Origin: Melittangium boletus DSM 14713 | GTDB taxonomy: Bacteria; Myxococcota; Myxococcia; Myxococcales; Myxococcaceae | DNA length: 64,000 nucleotides | Reading direction: 5' to 3' | Assembly: GCF_002305855.1 (NCBI RefSeq) | Contig: NZ_CP022163.1 | Location: 7,067,765 to 7,131,764, forward strand | Part shown: piece after piece, positions 51,401 to 63,124 of the stretch | Position numbering within the stretch: the stretch's first letter is position 1 | Layout: every line of letters begins with the position of its first letter | The notes under the pieces: generated by a model | What the model saw: only the letters and a program-made list of their open reading frames with translations | Told to the model about the DNA's origin: nothing | Databases searched by the model: none | Made by a program: the position numbers and the translations under genes

Positions 51401-54400
51401 AGCGCTCGCAGGTCCTGCAGGACTCCCAGGGAGATCTCACGGACGTGGTGCGCCGCTTCTCGGACATCCTCCGTCAGCGCCCCTCCGACGCGGAGGCCCG
51501 CGCCGAACTCGAGGGAATGCTGGGAGAGGGGGCGTCTCGCGAGGAGGCGGCGCGGGCGCTCATCCCCGCTTACGAGTCCACGAAGGATCACCGCAAGCTG
51601 GTCGCCGCGCTGGAGGTGCTCGCCGAGGTGGCGCGTGAGGACTCCGCGCGCGTGCTGGCGCTGCGCCAGACCGCGCAGGTGTACTTGAGCCAGTTGCGTC
51701 AGCCGGAGCTGGCTTTCGCCTCGCTCGCCCGGGCCCTGCGACTGGCGCCGGGGGATGCCGCGCTGCGCGCCGCCGCGCGTCAGGCCGCCGAGGACGCGGA
51801 CTCGCTGGATGCCTACGCGGAAATCCTCATCGAGCTCACCGAGGAAGGGAGCTCGGACTCCGTTCGCGTGGGTCTGCTGCGCGAGCTGGCCGAGGTCCAG
51901 GAGAAGAAGCTCGACGATCGCGCCGCGGCCTTGAAGTCCCTGCGGGCCCTGTTGGTGCTCGAGCCGGGCAGCCTCGACTGCCTGCGCGCGCTGCAGCGCC
52001 TGCACCGCGCGGGCGAGGAGTGGGCCGCGCTCGCCGAGGTGTTGGAGAAGCTCGCCGCCGCCGCGTCCGAGCCGTCCGAGCAGCTCGCGCACCTGCGAGA
52101 GGCCGCCCTGCTGCATGAGTCGAAGCTCTCCGACTCGGAGAGCGCCGCCAATGCGTGGCGTGTCATCGCCGAGAAGGATCCGCTCCAGCGCGAGGCAGCC
52201 GCTTCCCTGGATCGGCTCTACACGGAGCTGAGCCGCCCGAAGGATCTCGCATGGGCGCTCGGCCTGCGGCGCACGCAGGAAGGGCAGAGCCCCCAGGGCC
52301 GCGAGGTCTCGTTCCGGCTCGCGGAGCTGCTGCGCACCGCGTTGGGAGATCCCCACGCCGCGCTCCAGCTCTACCAGGGCATCCTCTCGGAGGATCCCGG
52401 CCATCCCGGTGCCCGTTCGGCGCTCGAGGAGTGGGTGAAGGCCGCCGTGCCCATGAGCGCGGGCGCGCTGGAGGTGTTGGATCCCGTGCTGGCGCGGCTC
52501 GGAGATCATGCCCGGCGCGTGGCGCTGCGCGAGACGCGTCTGGAGTCCGCGCTCAGCGCGGAGAAGGTCCAGCTCACCGCGGACATCCGCCGCATCTACG
52601 AGCAGGACATGCATCAGCCGTCGCTCGCCTTCATGGCGGCGGTGAAGGCCTTCTCCCAGGGCGTGGAGCGCGAGGCGCTTCGACCCGAGCTGGAACGGCT
52701 CGCGCGGGAGACGGGCTCTCACGAGATGCTGGCCGAGCTGTACGAGGAAGCCGCGCTGGATCTGCCTCGGGGAGACCCGGCGGCGCTCGGCATGTTGCGG
52801 CGCTCCGCGGAACTGCGCGAGCAGATGGGCCAGACGGAGGAGGCCACGGGAGTCTGGAAGCGGGTCCTCGAGGACGCGCCCCAGGATCGCCAGGCACTCG
52901 AGATGCTGTCGCGCCTGTATGAGCGGGGCCAGAACGCCAAGAGCCTGTCCGAGGTCTACGCCGCCCAGTCGGCGCTGGCCACGGAGCCGGAGGCGCGGCG
53001 CGCCCTGTTGGTGAAGGCGGGCGAGGCCTATGCCGCCGCGGGCGACGACGCCAAGGCCATCGAGACGTGGCGCTCGGCGCTGGCCATCCGCAAGGCGGAC
53101 GACGGGTTGCTCGCGCTGGACAAGCTGTTCGCCAAGACGCGGCGCCCGCTGGAGCAGGCGGACGTGTTGGATCAGCTCGCGGAGCTGGCCACGGACAACG
53201 AGTCGCGCCGGGGATTCGTCCTCCGCCGCGCGCAGCTGTTGGAGAAGGAAGGCAGCCACGCCGAGGCGTTGAGCGCCTACCGCGCCCTGATGGGCCTGGC
53301 GCCCGGGGATCCGCAGGCCGTCGCCGGTCTGGAGCGCATGCTTCAGCTCGAGGCGCAGCGGGTGGAGGCGGCTCGGTTGTTGGAGCCCGTCCACCGTGGC
53401 CTCAACGACACGCGCAAGCTGGTGGAGGTGCTCGAGATCCTCCTGCCTGGCACGCAGCCCGCGCTGCGGTTGGAGCGGGTGCAGGAGATCGCCACCTTGC
53501 GTGAGGCGCTGGGACAGACGTCCCTCGCCTTCGCCGCGCGGCTGCGTGCCTTCAATGAGGCTCCGCAGGCCGAGGGTGTGTGCGATGACCTGGAACGGCT
53601 CGCGGCCGACTCAGGCTCCTTCGAGGATGTGGCGGCGGCCTACGAGGATCAGCTCGATCGTGGGAGCACCGAGCCCCTGGCGGGCGATCTCTGGCGGCGG
53701 CTCGCGGCCATCTACGACGGGCGCCTCAAGCGCTACGATCTGGCGGTGCGCGCGTTGGAGGAAGTCAGCCGGCGCGATCCCAAGGACAAGCAGGTGCTGG
53801 AGTCGATCGCCCGCGTGCACCGCCGCACGGGCGCGCATCGGGAGCTGGCGCTGGTGATGCGCCGGCAGGTCGCCGCCGAGCCGTCCGTGCCCGCCCAGGT
53901 GAACCTGCTCTTCGAGCTGGCGCACCTGGCCGAGGAGACGCTTTCCGACAAGGCGCTCGCGGCGCAGACGTACCGCGACGTGTTGGAGCGCCGTCCGGAG
54001 GACGCCAACGCCTTCAAGCTGCTGGGCCGTGTGCTCACGCAGATGGAGCGCTGGCCGGAGCTGGCGCAGCACATCGAGCGGGAGAGCCAACTGGCCGACG
54101 CGCGCAATGCCCTGGAAGAGGGCAGTGATCTGCGCGTGCGCCTGGGCCGTCTCAAGTTCAGCCGCCTGGATGATCCGCGTGGCGCGCTGGAGCTGTACCA
54201 GGAGGTGCTGCGCCGCCGGGCGGGCCATGCCGGAGCGGTGGGTGCCCTGGAGGAGATGGCGCGCTCGGACAGCCCGTTGCGTGGCCAGGCGGCCCTGGCG
54301 CTCGAGCCAGTGTTCGCGGCGGTGGGAGACCACCTCAAGCAGGTGCAGATGCTGGAGTCGCGCGTCTCCGCCGAGCCCGTTCCCCAGGAGCGTTCGGTGC

Positions 54401-57400
54401 TGCTGCGCCGCATCGCGGAGACGTACGCGGGACCGCTGGAGAACGTGGAGATGGCCTTCTTGTCGGCCACCCGCGCGCTGCGCGAGATGCCGGATGATTC
54501 GCGCACGCTCGAACTCTGCCTCTCGCTGGTGGACAAGGCCGGGGCCGCGGAGGAGTTCGCGGCGATTCTGTCCGAGATCGCTCCCCGGGCTGGCGACGCG
54601 GCTCGCTCCGAGTTGTACCGCGCCCTGGCCCGGTTGCAGGCGCGCCTGGGCGAGGACGACGAGGCCCTGGCCTCGTGGCGCAAGGTGCTGACGATCAGCC
54701 CCACGGACACGGAGGCGCTCGACAGCGTGGTGCGGCTGGTGTCCGAGCAGGGCACGCCCCAGGAGTTGCTGGAGGTGCTGCGGCGCCAGCTCGCGAGCGC
54801 CGAGGAGCCCGCCCGCCGGGCGTCGGTGCTGTTGCAGATCGCCGTGCTGCAGGAGGCGGAGCTCCAGGATGGCCTGGGCGCGCTGGCCACCTTGCGGCGC
54901 TTGCTGGACGTGAAGCCGGACGACGCCGCGGCGCTCACGCGGATGGACGGCCTGTGCCAGAAGCTGGAGCGCTGGCCGGAGCTGGCGGACGTGCTCGCCC
55001 GGCGCATCGCGCTCGTGTCGCCCGAGGAGGGACTGGAGCTGAAGTTCCGCCTCGCCGTGGTCCGCGAGACGAAGCTGCTGGACAAGGCGGGCGCGCTGGC
55101 GCTCTACGGCGAAGTGCTCTCCGTGCAGCCGAATCACGCGGGCACGGTGGGCCGCCTGGACGCGATGGTGACCCGCGAGCCGCAGAACCTGCTCGCGGTG
55201 GAGACGCTGCTGCGCGCCTTCCGCGAGAGCGGGGACGCGACGCGGCTCGCCTCGCTCATCGAAACGCGCGTGGGCGTGTCTCCGGACGCGCACGAGCGCA
55301 AGACGCTGCTCGGTGAGTTGGCCACGCTGCGCGAGAGCCAGGGCGAGCCGGAACTCGCCTTCCTGGCGCTCTTCCGCTCCTTCAAGGGGGACCCGAACGA
55401 CCGCGAGCTGCGCGTGCGGCTGGAGAACGCCACGGACGCGGCGGGCTCGTACGACGAGCTGGTGGTGGCCTACGAGGAAGCGCTGCCGCGCGTGGCCGAG
55501 GTGCGGGACGCGGCGGAGATGTGCATCAAGCTGGGCCAGCTCTTCGAGTCGCGGCTGCGCGAGCCCGAGCGCGCCGTCGTCTACTACGAGCGCGCTCGCA
55601 AGCTGGACTCCTCGTCGCAGCACAAGGCGCTGGCCGCGTTGGATCGGCTGTACATCACGCTGGAGGCCTGGGAGGAGCTGGCTCCCGTGCTGGAGGCCCT
55701 CGCCTCCACGGCGGAGCAGACGGCGGACAAGGTGGGCTTCCTCTTCCGCCTGGGTCAGCTCACCCAGGAGAAGCTGCACAGCATGGATCGCGCGGCGTCC
55801 GCGTTCGAGCAGGTGCTGGCGCTGGATGGCGCGCACCTCGCGTCGGCGCGGCTGCTCGAGAGCCTCTACGACTCGGCCGGGGCGCACGACAAGCTGTACA
55901 ACATCCTGAAGCTGCAGTCCGAGCGGGTCACGGGTCCCGAGCGCGAGCGGGTCCTCACGCGCATGGCGCAGGTGTCGGCCGAGGGGCTGGAGGACCTGGG
56001 CGGCGCCATCAACCTGTACCGCGAGCTGCTGGCGAAGAACGCGCGCAACGAGCAGGCGTTCTCCTCGCTGGAGGCGTTGTACGAGCGGGCGGGCCGTCAC
56101 GAGGAGCTGCGCGCGCTGTTGGCGGACCGTCTGGCGCAGACGCTGGATCCGCGCGAGGTGGTGCGGCTCAACGAGCGGCTGGGCCAGGTGTTGTACCGCC
56201 TGCTCAAGCAGCCCGAGGCGGCGGTGAGCTACCTCAAGGCCGCGCTGGAGCGAGACCCCCGGCACCGGGGCGTGCTGGACACGCTGCGTGAGCTGTACGA
56301 GGAGACGGGACCGGCGGAGGAGCTGGTGGGCATCCTGCGGCGGCTCGTGCCGTTGCAGGAGTCGGCCGAGGGCGTGAAGGTCTTGCGCCTGCGGCTGGCC
56401 GAGGTGCTCTCGGGCGTGGGTCGCCGCGAGGAGGCCTTGGACGCGGCCCGCCGCGCGCTGGAAGTGGAGCCCCACGCGGTCGTGGACCTGGAGCGGGTCC
56501 ACACGCTCTTTGTCTCCCTGCGGGCCTACAACGACGCGGTGCGCGCGCTCGAGTTGAAGGTGCAGGTGCACCTGCAAACCGAGGAGCGCGACCAGGCGGT
56601 GGCCACGTGGTTCGCGGTGGCGGACCTCTGGGCGGGCGCGGGCAACAAGCCCGAGCTGGCGGCGGGCGCGTTGGAGAAGGTGCTGGAGCTGGATCCGGCC
56701 CACCGCACCGCCTATGAGCGCGCGTGCGGCCTCTACCGCGCGAACAACGACTGGCGGGCCTACGCGCAGGTGGTGGATCGCTACCTGCCGCACCTCGTCA
56801 CGGAAGAGGAGAAGCTGGCCACCCTCAAGGAGCTGGCGAGGGTGCAGGAGGAGCGCCTGGGCCAGAAGGACGTGGCCTTCCTGGCGCTCTGCCGCGCGCT
56901 GCAGATCGACGCCGCGGACGACACGCTGCGCGAGGAGGTGGAGCGGCTCGCCGACGAGACGGGTTCTCACGAGGAACTCGCCGCCGTCTACGAGGAGGTG
57001 GCGGATGCCCTGCCGCGAGGCCCTCTCGCCGAGCGCATGTACGCCACGCTGGCGCGCGTCCAGGACCTGAAGCTGGATGACGCGCAGGCGGCGGAAGCGG
57101 CGCTGCGGAAGATCCTGGAGTTCGATCCGACGAACGTCACGGCGCTCGACGGACTGGCCGGGATGTTCCAGCGCCGTGGCCGCGAGCGCGAGTACGTGGT
57201 GGCGCTCGAGCAGAAGATCGAGGCCGCGGACTCCATCGAGACGCGCAAGTCCATCCTCCGGGAGATCGCCCGGGTCCAGGACGAGCAGGGCGAGCCGGAC
57301 GAGGCCGCGAGCGCGCTCCTGCGGGCGTTGGAGCTGGAGCCGGACGCCGAGACGCTGGGCGTGCTCACCGCGCTCTATCGTCGCCAGAAGGCCTGGAAGG

Positions 57401-60400
57401 ACGTGGCGGCCACGCTGTTGCGGGCGCGCGACCTGGCGGCCACCGTCGAGGAGCGGGCCCGCATCCAGATCGAGATCGCGAGCGTCTACGAGCGGGACAT
57501 CGGTGATGACGAACCCGCGGTGGTCGCCTACCGGCAGGCGCTCGAGTTCGAGCCCTACAACCTCCAGGCCCTGGAGTCGTTGGAGCGGCTGCACACGCGG
57601 TTGGATCAGCCGGCGGAACTGCTGGCCATCTACGAGCGCATGTTGGAGGTCATCTCCGACTACCGCGAGCGGGTGCGGGTGCTGTTCCGCTCGGCGAGCA
57701 TCTGGGAGGACACGTACCAGAACCCGGCCAACGCGGACGCCTTCATCGAGGGCGTGCTCGCCATCGATCCGCAGAACCTGCAAGCCATCAAGACCCTCAT
57801 CCGCCTGCGCCGCGTGCAGGGGCGGTGGGAGGAGCTGGTGGTCGCCTACGAGCGGCAGCTGCAACTGGCCACGTCGACGCAGGAGCAGGCCGAGCTCTAT
57901 GTGGAGATCGGCAACGTCTACCACCAGCAGCTCAAGCAGGTGGACCGGGCGGTGAACACGTACCACTACGCGCTGGGCATGGATCCAGGCTGCCGGCCCG
58001 CGCTGCATGCGCTCGGCAACCTCTACGAGCGCAGCGGCAACTGGCCCTACGCGCTGGATGTGCTGCAGCAGGAGGCGCAGCTCGCGGGGCACACGCCCGA
58101 GGCGGTGGAGCTGTACTACCGCATGGGACGGATGCACGAGGACATGCTGATGGACACGGGCAGTGCGCGTGCGAGCTATCAGCAGGCCATCGCCATCGAC
58201 CCGGGTCACCTGGCCAGCATCCGAGCCCTCAAGGGCATCCAGGAGCAGGAGAAGGACTGGGGCGGCTACGAGCAGTCCCTGTTGCAGGAGGCACATCAGA
58301 CCGAGGACGCCGAGGCCAAGGCGCGCGCGCTGCTCGAGGTGGCGCGCTACAACGCCGAGACGAAGGGCGATCCGGAGACGGCCACGCAGTACTACGAGGA
58401 GACGCTGCGCTACGCCCCGGACAGCCTGGAGGCGGCTCAGCCCTTGTCGGAGGTCTACAGCGCCCGCGAGGACTGGGTGGCTTGCGAGCGGATGCTCGAC
58501 ATCGTGGTGCGCCGCCTGGCCGAGCGGGCCATCGCGGAGAAGGACACCGGACTGGCCGCGGAGCTGTGCCGTCAGCTCTACCGGTTGGGCTACGTCGCGG
58601 ACAAGATGGGCAACCGGGACAAGGCGCTCGACTCGTACAAGAAGGCCTACGATCTCGATGCCACGTATCTGCCGGTGCTCGAGGGCTACGGCCATCTGCT
58701 CGTGCAGCACGCGAAGCGCTACGAGGACGCGCTGCGCATCTTCCAGACCATCCTCATCCACCACCGGGAGGATCTCACCGACATGGAGGTGGTGGAGGTC
58801 TACTGGCAGCTGGGAGACATCCACGCGAAGCTGAACCAGACGGACCGGGCGCAGAACCACTTCGAGAAGGCGCTCGCGGTGGACTCCAACCATGAGGCCT
58901 CCTTGCGCGCGCTGGTGGCGCTCATGGATGCGTCGGGGCGGTGGGAGCGCGCGGGCGATCTCCGCCAGCAGCTCGCCCAGGTGCTGGAAGGAGAGGCCAA
59001 GGCGCGGGTCTTCCTCGAGCTGGGTCAGCTCTCGCGCGAGAAGTTGAAGGATCCGTATCAGGCCATCGACGCGTACAACGGGGCGCTCAAGCTGCTGCCG
59101 GAATCGCTCGAGGTGCTGGACGCGCTGTACGTGCTGCTGCGCGAGACGCGCCAGGGCCAGAAGGCCGCGGACATGCTGTCGCGCATGTTGCGGTTGCCGG
59201 CGCTGGCGTCCGAGCCAAGCAAGGCCCGGCGGGTGTGGTTCGCGCTCGGAGAGTTGCGCCGGGATGAACTGCGCGACGTGGACGGCGCGGCCGAGGCCTT
59301 CAACACGGCGCTGGACCTGGATCACCGCTTCATCGAGGCCTTCAGCGCGCTCGAGGCGATGCTGGGTGGCGCGGGCCAGTGGAGGGCGCTGGAGGAGAAC
59401 TACGTGAAGATGATCGGGCGCATGCCGAAGACGCCCGACACGCACGGGGCGCGCATGGGCCTGTGGCGGGCGCTGGGCGATCTCTATCGTCAGGTGCTCA
59501 AGAACCAGGAGAACGCGGTGGCGGCCTACGGGCTCGTCGCCAAGGGCCTGCCGGACGATGCCTCCGTGCAGGAGATCTACGCCGAGCTGGCCGCGGCTTC
59601 TCCGGGCAAGGAGGACGAGGCCATCGCGGCGTTGCGCCGTGCCCTCCCGCACACCTCGGATGCGCAAAAGGTGTGCTCGCAACTGGTGCGTCTGTCCGCG
59701 CTGCGCAGGGACTACGATGGTGCGTGGATGGCCGCGCAGGCCGTGGCCGGGCTGCTCGGCGAGGCGGGGGATGACGAGAAGGAGATCCTCTCCAAGCTGG
59801 GGCCCTACGCGAAGCTCAAGGAGGTGGCTCAGCGGCCGCTACCCGATCGCATGTGGCAGTCGCATCTGCTGCATCCCCGGCTTCGCGGGCCCTTCACCGA
59901 GATGATGGGCCTGCTGTTCGAGCAGATCGGGCATCTGTACGCGGTGCCCTTCACGAACTATCAGCTCGTGCCCAAGAAGCACCGCATCGACCTGCCGAGC
60001 TCGCAGGAGTTCCTCGTCCAGCACTACCGGTACGTGGCGCGTCTCTTCGGCATGGACGCGGTGGAGTTGTACTCGCCGCACCTGGTGGCCCGGCGCGAGA
60101 ACATGGCCAAACGCTCCAACGAGCCGACGCCGGATCCTCGCCTCAACCTGGAGGTGCTGCAGACGCACCCCGCGTGCATCCGCGCGGGTGGGCGCTTCTT
60201 CGCCGAGCAGGGGCAGAAGGAGGCGTACTACATGCTGGGCCGGGCGTTCGCGCTGGTGCGGCCGGAACTGGCCTGGAGTCAGCGGCTGGCGCCGGAGCGG
60301 CTCGAGGTGGTGATTCAAGCCGCGCTCAGCCTGGTGGTGCCGAACCTGCGCCTCACGGTGGACCCCCGCGCGGTGGACGCCGAGCGCCGGGGCCTGGAGA

Positions 60401-60705
60401 AGGGCTTCAGCGAGCAGGGCCGCGCGGCGCTGGCGAAGGTGGCTCGAGTCTACGTGCCGGTGGCCACGCCCGCGGATGTCCGCCAGTATTTCGAGTACGT
60501 GGAACTGACGGCGGCGCGCGCGGGCCTCTTCGCCGCGGGTGAGTGCGAGCCCGTCAAGCGCATGGTGTTGGAGGAGACCGGCTCGGCCTTTCGGGTGACG
60601 CCGAAGGCGAAGCTGAGGGAGTTGCTCCTGTTCGCCACGTCCGAGGAGCTGCGCGAGCTGCGTGTCGCGATAGGTACGGACGTGGAGGTTCAGGTGAGAA
60701 AGTAG
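48436..60705 (+). CDS. gltI: Giant cytoplasmic TPR-repeat protein (4089 aa), GltI/AgmK-like
   Basis: An uninterrupted 12.27-kb ORF with host codon usage. About 100 TPR-like units (recurring ...A...Y..AL...P....AL..L..LY...G.W..L... pattern). No signal peptide. Position and size match AgmK in the Glt G1 cluster. Confidence 0.85.
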   Translation: MDLSNLRRPAERGVSDRPFAEVEASLEKAGRVEDLIRLYEGHARETSGAEAARVLVRAGQLAQERLRNPARSEELLRHALLLAEDPRPALLGLKAVHESRQDTSALVDVLERLGALSQGEEASAFFQQAATLHEQKLFRRDRAVLCLQRAVRAMPDRAIFKRARQLLLVEERFQPIFELLERERTTLGGDGMAEEYAAFCERLVEDPTEHALAQRALAVLRQLEPENPRAEKVSQTMQRFEQTWRDRARTLRGMSLEERDRKSAARLSLLVAKLHAWFEPDVAEKVEEALERCFLLWPGMPDALNLIERLAERKGDFGPAQEWLEGLATDARERSVQAELWLRLGTLRLTRLNDSAGALAAFEKATSVDPSRADVASLGAELLLEQERAEDALAMLERSLGSVKDRATQVSLRLRLAELCLQLRNGPAMRAHLETVLKLEPFNAQAAFLLARLLADQEELAALEPLLDLAMLAPRSRSERVALCETLAALYEEADDARGAFEVLARALALEPARPLLLESVVENANKAHAEPALATALRRAALVALPPEAAIPLWRHLAQLLQGPLADPAGAEAAWKEVLARAPGDSAAQEAVRALRAAAAISADPKLRLEAELVRREAEGATPAELEPTVRELVKLAPDDLAGLRRLQMVCAAVSKVEEAAELAGRLAKLAETQVERSDWSSRQARLFAERLNRPQEAAALFLQLLSENVSTGVVLGGLERLMAAKVRTAEIAEALARHYGRQGDPQRQASALLQQLEVTTDGAVRQRLFAQIANLQETQLADGRSAFDLRVKALRETPTDEVNRAELARLARELSAHAELVRVLRALAGETETPALAVQLLSETSKLAEESNALPEAIGALEAALQRVPESSDVLGRLIALYTKAGRAAEADALLRKRILTATRAEKVELLMQLVDLNAGLGRPLQAAEALQSAIQSGADEVRHLPLLAELYEKADRKPEWGEVLARQIALAEDAGDLDRVARLTLKRSQVLQDSQGDLTDVVRRFSDILRQRPSDAEARAELEGMLGEGASREEAARALIPAYESTKDHRKLVAALEVLAEVAREDSARVLALRQTAQVYLSQLRQPELAFASLARALRLAPGDAALRAAARQAAEDADSLDAYAEILIELTEEGSSDSVRVGLLRELAEVQEKKLDDRAAALKSLRALLVLEPGSLDCLRALQRLHRAGEEWAALAEVLEKLAAAASEPSEQLAHLREAALLHESKLSDSESAANAWRVIAEKDPLQREAAASLDRLYTELSRPKDLAWALGLRRTQEGQSPQGREVSFRLAELLRTALGDPHAALQLYQGILSEDPGHPGARSALEEWVKAAVPMSAGALEVLDPVLARLGDHARRVALRETRLESALSAEKVQLTADIRRIYEQDMHQPSLAFMAAVKAFSQGVEREALRPELERLARETGSHEMLAELYEEAALDLPRGDPAALGMLRRSAELREQMGQTEEATGVWKRVLEDAPQDRQALEMLSRLYERGQNAKSLSEVYAAQSALATEPEARRALLVKAGEAYAAAGDDAKAIETWRSALAIRKADDGLLALDKLFAKTRRPLEQADVLDQLAELATDNESRRGFVLRRAQLLEKEGSHAEALSAYRALMGLAPGDPQAVAGLERMLQLEAQRVEAARLLEPVHRGLNDTRKLVEVLEILLPGTQPALRLERVQEIATLREALGQTSLAFAARLRAFNEAPQAEGVCDDLERLAADSGSFEDVAAAYEDQLDRGSTEPLAGDLWRRLAAIYDGRLKRYDLAVRALEEVSRRDPKDKQVLESIARVHRRTGAHRELALVMRRQVAAEPSVPAQVNLLFELAHLAEETLSDKALAAQTYRDVLERRPEDANAFKLLGRVLTQMERWPELAQHIERESQLADARNALEEGSDLRVRLGRLKFSRLDDPRGALELYQEVLRRRAGHAGAVGALEEMARSDSPLRGQAALALEPVFAAVGDHLKQVQMLESRVSAEPVPQERSVLLRRIAETYAGPLENVEMAFLSATRALREMPDDSRTLELCLSLVDKAGAAEEFAAILSEIAPRAGDAARSELYRALARLQARLGEDDEALASWRKVLTISPTDTEALDSVVRLVSEQGTPQELLEVLRRQLASAEEPARRASVLLQIAVLQEAELQDGLGALATLRRLLDVKPDDAAALTRMDGLCQKLERWPELADVLARRIALVSPEEGLELKFRLAVVRETKLLDKAGALALYGEVLSVQPNHAGTVGRLDAMVTREPQNLLAVETLLRAFRESGDATRLASLIETRVGVSPDAHERKTLLGELATLRESQGEPELAFLALFRSFKGDPNDRELRVRLENATDAAGSYDELVVAYEEALPRVAEVRDAAEMCIKLGQLFESRLREPERAVVYYERARKLDSSSQHKALAALDRLYITLEAWEELAPVLEALASTAEQTADKVGFLFRLGQLTQEKLHSMDRAASAFEQVLALDGAHLASARLLESLYDSAGAHDKLYNILKLQSERVTGPERERVLTRMAQVSAEGLEDLGGAINLYRELLAKNARNEQAFSSLEALYERAGRHEELRALLADRLAQTLDPREVVRLNERLGQVLYRLLKQPEAAVSYLKAALERDPRHRGVLDTLRELYEETGPAEELVGILRRLVPLQESAEGVKVLRLRLAEVLSGVGRREEALDAARRALEVEPHAVVDLERVHTLFVSLRAYNDAVRALELKVQVHLQTEERDQAVATWFAVADLWAGAGNKPELAAGALEKVLELDPAHRTAYERACGLYRANNDWRAYAQVVDRYLPHLVTEEEKLATLKELARVQEERLGQKDVAFLALCRALQIDAADDTLREEVERLADETGSHEELAAVYEEVADALPRGPLAERMYATLARVQDLKLDDAQAAEAALRKILEFDPTNVTALDGLAGMFQRRGREREYVVALEQKIEAADSIETRKSILREIARVQDEQGEPDEAASALLRALELEPDAETLGVLTALYRRQKAWKDVAATLLRARDLAATVEERARIQIEIASVYERDIGDDEPAVVAYRQALEFEPYNLQALESLERLHTRLDQPAELLAIYERMLEVISDYRERVRVLFRSASIWEDTYQNPANADAFIEGVLAIDPQNLQAIKTLIRLRRVQGRWEELVVAYERQLQLATSTQEQAELYVEIGNVYHQQLKQVDRAVNTYHYALGMDPGCRPALHALGNLYERSGNWPYALDVLQQEAQLAGHTPEAVELYYRMGRMHEDMLMDTGSARASYQQAIAIDPGHLASIRALKGIQEQEKDWGGYEQSLLQEAHQTEDAEAKARALLEVARYNAETKGDPETATQYYEETLRYAPDSLEAAQPLSEVYSAREDWVACERMLDIVVRRLAERAIAEKDTGLAAELCRQLYRLGYVADKMGNRDKALDSYKKAYDLDATYLPVLEGYGHLLVQHAKRYEDALRIFQTILIHHREDLTDMEVVEVYWQLGDIHAKLNQTDRAQNHFEKALAVDSNHEASLRALVALMDASGRWERAGDLRQQLAQVLEGEAKARVFLELGQLSREKLKDPYQAIDAYNGALKLLPESLEVLDALYVLLRETRQGQKAADMLSRMLRLPALASEPSKARRVWFALGELRRDELRDVDGAAEAFNTALDLDHRFIEAFSALEAMLGGAGQWRALEENYVKMIGRMPKTPDTHGARMGLWRALGDLYRQVLKNQENAVAAYGLVAKGLPDDASVQEIYAELAAASPGKEDEAIAALRRALPHTSDAQKVCSQLVRLSALRRDYDGAWMAAQAVAGLLGEAGDDEKEILSKLGPYAKLKEVAQRPLPDRMWQSHLLHPRLRGPFTEMMGLLFEQIGHLYAVPFTNYQLVPKKHRIDLPSSQEFLVQHYRYVARLFGMDAVELYSPHLVARRENMAKRSNEPTPDPRLNLEVLQTHPACIRAGGRFFAEQGQKEAYYMLGRAFALVRPELAWSQRLAPERLEVVIQAALSLVVPNLRLTVDPRAVDAERRGLEKGFSEQGRAALAKVARVYVPVATPADVRQYFEYVELTAARAGLFAAGECEPVKRMVLEETGSAFRVTPKAKLRELLLFATSEELRELRVAIGTDVEVQVRK

Positions 60706-60859
60706 CTGTGCGATGAGGAGTGAGCGTGAGATCCAATCCGGAGTTCGCGCGTTGAACCAGCGACCGGGCGGGCAAGAGCGGCATCCTTGACCCCCCCGGA
60801 CGCCACCTCTACGATTCCAACGGGTTTTCTCCCGTTATTCCTGAGACTTGCGGGGAACG

Positions 60860-62902
60860 ATGCGTTTCGTCTGCGACAGCTGCCGCGCGCAGTATTCGAT
60901 TAGCGACGACAAGGTTGGCGCCAAGGGCGTCAAGGTGCGTTGCAAGAAGTGTGGCCACAACATCGTGGTGCGCTCCGCCGGTTCGGCACCGGCGAAGGAT
61001 GAAGGGACGGCCGGTGAGGCCGCCAGTGGTTCGGCGTCGTCCCAGGGTTCGTCGAACGAGGGCTTCGGCTTGCCGGCGACCTTGGGCACGCCTCCCGAGG
61101 GAGGCATCTTCGGCGGTGTCGAGGATGATGAGATCGGCGCCGTGTTCGACCAGGTGCTCAACTCGGGTTCGCACAAGGTACCTCCGGGCGAAGCGGGGGA
61201 TGGCCCCGCGCAACTGGATGCGTCGGCGGTGTCGGATGCGAGCGACGCGGTGCGCAAGCTCGCGGAGGCCGAGGCGAGCAGCACCAAGCCGGCGACCTCG
61301 CACGAGTGGTTCGTCGCCATCGACGAGAAGCAGGTGGGTCCGCTCACCATGGAGAAGGTGAAGGAGCACTGGGAGAAGGGCGAGGTCGGTCCGGACAGCC
61401 TGTGCTGGCGCGCGGGCTTCAGCGATTGGATTCCGCTTTCCGAGGCCACGGAGCTGGCGTCGGTGCTGGCGCCGCGTCCGACTCGGCCGGTCATCGTGGA
61501 GCCCACGCCCGTGGCGTCGTCTTCGTCGGCGTCTTCGGGCCCGGTGGAGTCCGCGTTCAGCGCGGGTGGCTCGTCGAAGTCCGGCCGGGCCGAAACACCC
61601 GCGCCCGTGGCTCCGTCCGCACAGGACTCGGGCTGGAAGCCCTCGGCGGCGAGCGTGCTGGCCTCGTTGGTGAAGGAGGAGAACGAGGCGCTGTCGAAGC
61701 CCGCGGCCAAGTCTTCCGTGTCCGAGGAAAAGGCGAAGCCCGCCTCCTCGGGGTTGCTCGATGTGCCGCCGCCTGACGCGGGTGCGGCCAAGAGCCCGTT
61801 GTTGGCGGAGACGCCGGCTCCCGCGCCGTACATGCAGCCGGCTCCGGCGCCAGGCTACGCGCCACCCGCGCCCCAGGGCTATCCGCAGCAGCCCATGCCT
61901 CAGCAGTACGCGCCGCCCCAGGGCTACGCTCCGCCTCCGGCCTATCCCGGCTATCCGCCCCAGGCGGCGCCCAAGCAGGGGGGGAAGACGGGGATGGTGA
62001 TTGGCATCGCGGCGGGCGCGCTGTTGATGATTGGCGGCGTTGGCTTCTTCCTGGCGTCTCGTCCTTCGGACCCGCCTCCCACGCCCCAGCCCGTGGCCCA
62101 GGCTCCAGCGCCCGCTCCGGTGAAGCCCGCGGAGGTGCCCGCGACCCCTCCGCCCACTGCGGTGGCCACCGCGCCGACTCCTGCCCCAGCTCCGGCGGGA
62201 ACGCCACCAACGCCCGCGGCCACCGCGCCCGCGACGGCACCCTCCACGCCCCCGGCGGTGGCGGCCGTGGCGACGCCTCCTCCGGCGACGCCTCCGCCCG
62301 CCAGCGAGCCGGTGAAGCCCGCCGAGGAGCCCAAGGCTCCGCCGCAGCAGGTGGCTCGCGCGGAGCTCCCGGATCGAAGTGGCTCCAAGCGAGGTTCTTC
62401 GCCGAGCCGTTCTTCGTCTTCGCGGGGTTCGAGCGACGACGACGCCGAGGAGATCTCGGCGCGCTCCAAGCCCGCGGCGAAGAGCAGCGGGGGAGGGAAC
62501 GCGGATGACGAATTCGATGAGCTGTTTGGCACGAAGAAGGCCAGTGCCAAGAGTGGCGGGTCAGCGAATGGCCGTACGGCCTACATTCCGCCCGAGCCTG
62601 GCGGAGGTGGCGCCACGGTCGAACGCCTCGGGCAGTCGGACATCATGCAGGTGGTGCTGAGCAACAAGCCCGCCATCGTGAAGTGTGTGGGTGAGCAGAA
62701 GAAGAAGGACCCGGGCCTGAGCGGCAAGCTGGTGATGCGCTGGACGATCCAGACCAACGGCAAGACGAAGAACGTGTCCTGCCAGACAGGTGAGTTCCGC
62801 TCGACTTACATGGCTTCCTGCATCTCCGGGTTGATCAAGGGATGGAACTTCCCGAAGCACAAGGTCGAGGGGGATCCCATCGATTTCCCGTTTACGTTCT
62901 AA
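60860..62902 (+). CDS. gltJ: Zinc-ribbon / GYF-like / proline-rich / TM / AgmX-C-terminal domain protein, GltJ/AgmX-like
   Basis: N-terminal MJ0042-type zinc ribbon (MRFVCDSCRAQYSISDDKVGAKGVKVRCKKCGHNIVV). GYF-like domain (WFVAIDEKQVGPLTMEKVKEHWEKGEVGPDSLCWRAGFSDWIPL). Pro-rich low complexity. TM helix (MVIGIAAGALLMIGGVGFFLA). C-terminal domain paralogous to that of the gltG-like protein. ATG at 60860; the ORF track starts at a TTG at 60848. Confidence 0.8.
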   Translation: MRFVCDSCRAQYSISDDKVGAKGVKVRCKKCGHNIVVRSAGSAPAKDEGTAGEAASGSASSQGSSNEGFGLPATLGTPPEGGIFGGVEDDEIGAVFDQVLNSGSHKVPPGEAGDGPAQLDASAVSDASDAVRKLAEAEASSTKPATSHEWFVAIDEKQVGPLTMEKVKEHWEKGEVGPDSLCWRAGFSDWIPLSEATELASVLAPRPTRPVIVEPTPVASSSSASSGPVESAFSAGGSSKSGRAETPAPVAPSAQDSGWKPSAASVLASLVKEENEALSKPAAKSSVSEEKAKPASSGLLDVPPPDAGAAKSPLLAETPAPAPYMQPAPAPGYAPPAPQGYPQQPMPQQYAPPQGYAPPPAYPGYPPQAAPKQGGKTGMVIGIAAGALLMIGGVGFFLASRPSDPPPTPQPVAQAPAPAPVKPAEVPATPPPTAVATAPTPAPAPAGTPPTPAATAPATAPSTPPAVAAVATPPPATPPPASEPVKPAEEPKAPPQQVARAELPDRSGSKRGSSPSRSSSSRGSSDDDAEEISARSKPAAKSSGGGNADDEFDELFGTKKASAKSGGSANGRTAYIPPEPGGGGATVERLGQSDIMQVVLSNKPAIVKCVGEQKKKDPGLSGKLVMRWTIQTNGKTKNVSCQTGEFRSTYMASCISGLIKGWNFPKHKVEGDPIDFPFTF

Positions 62903-62911
62903 CAACCCATT

Positions 62912-62963
62912 CAAGGGGAACAGTCACGTACGACACAGATATCTCGTACGGCTGTTCCTCTTG
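62912..62963 (+). terminator. Imperfect long hairpin downstream of the gltJ-like gene, with no U-tract
   Basis: CAAGGGGAACAG ... CTGTTCCTCTTG (11 of 12 bp) enclosing the inner ACGTACGA / TCGTACGG arms. It starts 10 nt after the stop. Confidence 0.35.
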
Positions 62964-63124
62964 AGGGGAGTGAATGTCCCTCTGGACGGAGCGTCGGAAT
63001 CGCGTGTCGACAATCGTTGACACGCCTGGAGTGGCGGGACTAAGCCCCGCGCTGCAGGACGAGGGGGCCTTGAGAGGCCGGCGGCCCGCCTCACGCGATG
63101 TATCCCTTCAGGAGGAAGCCGAGA

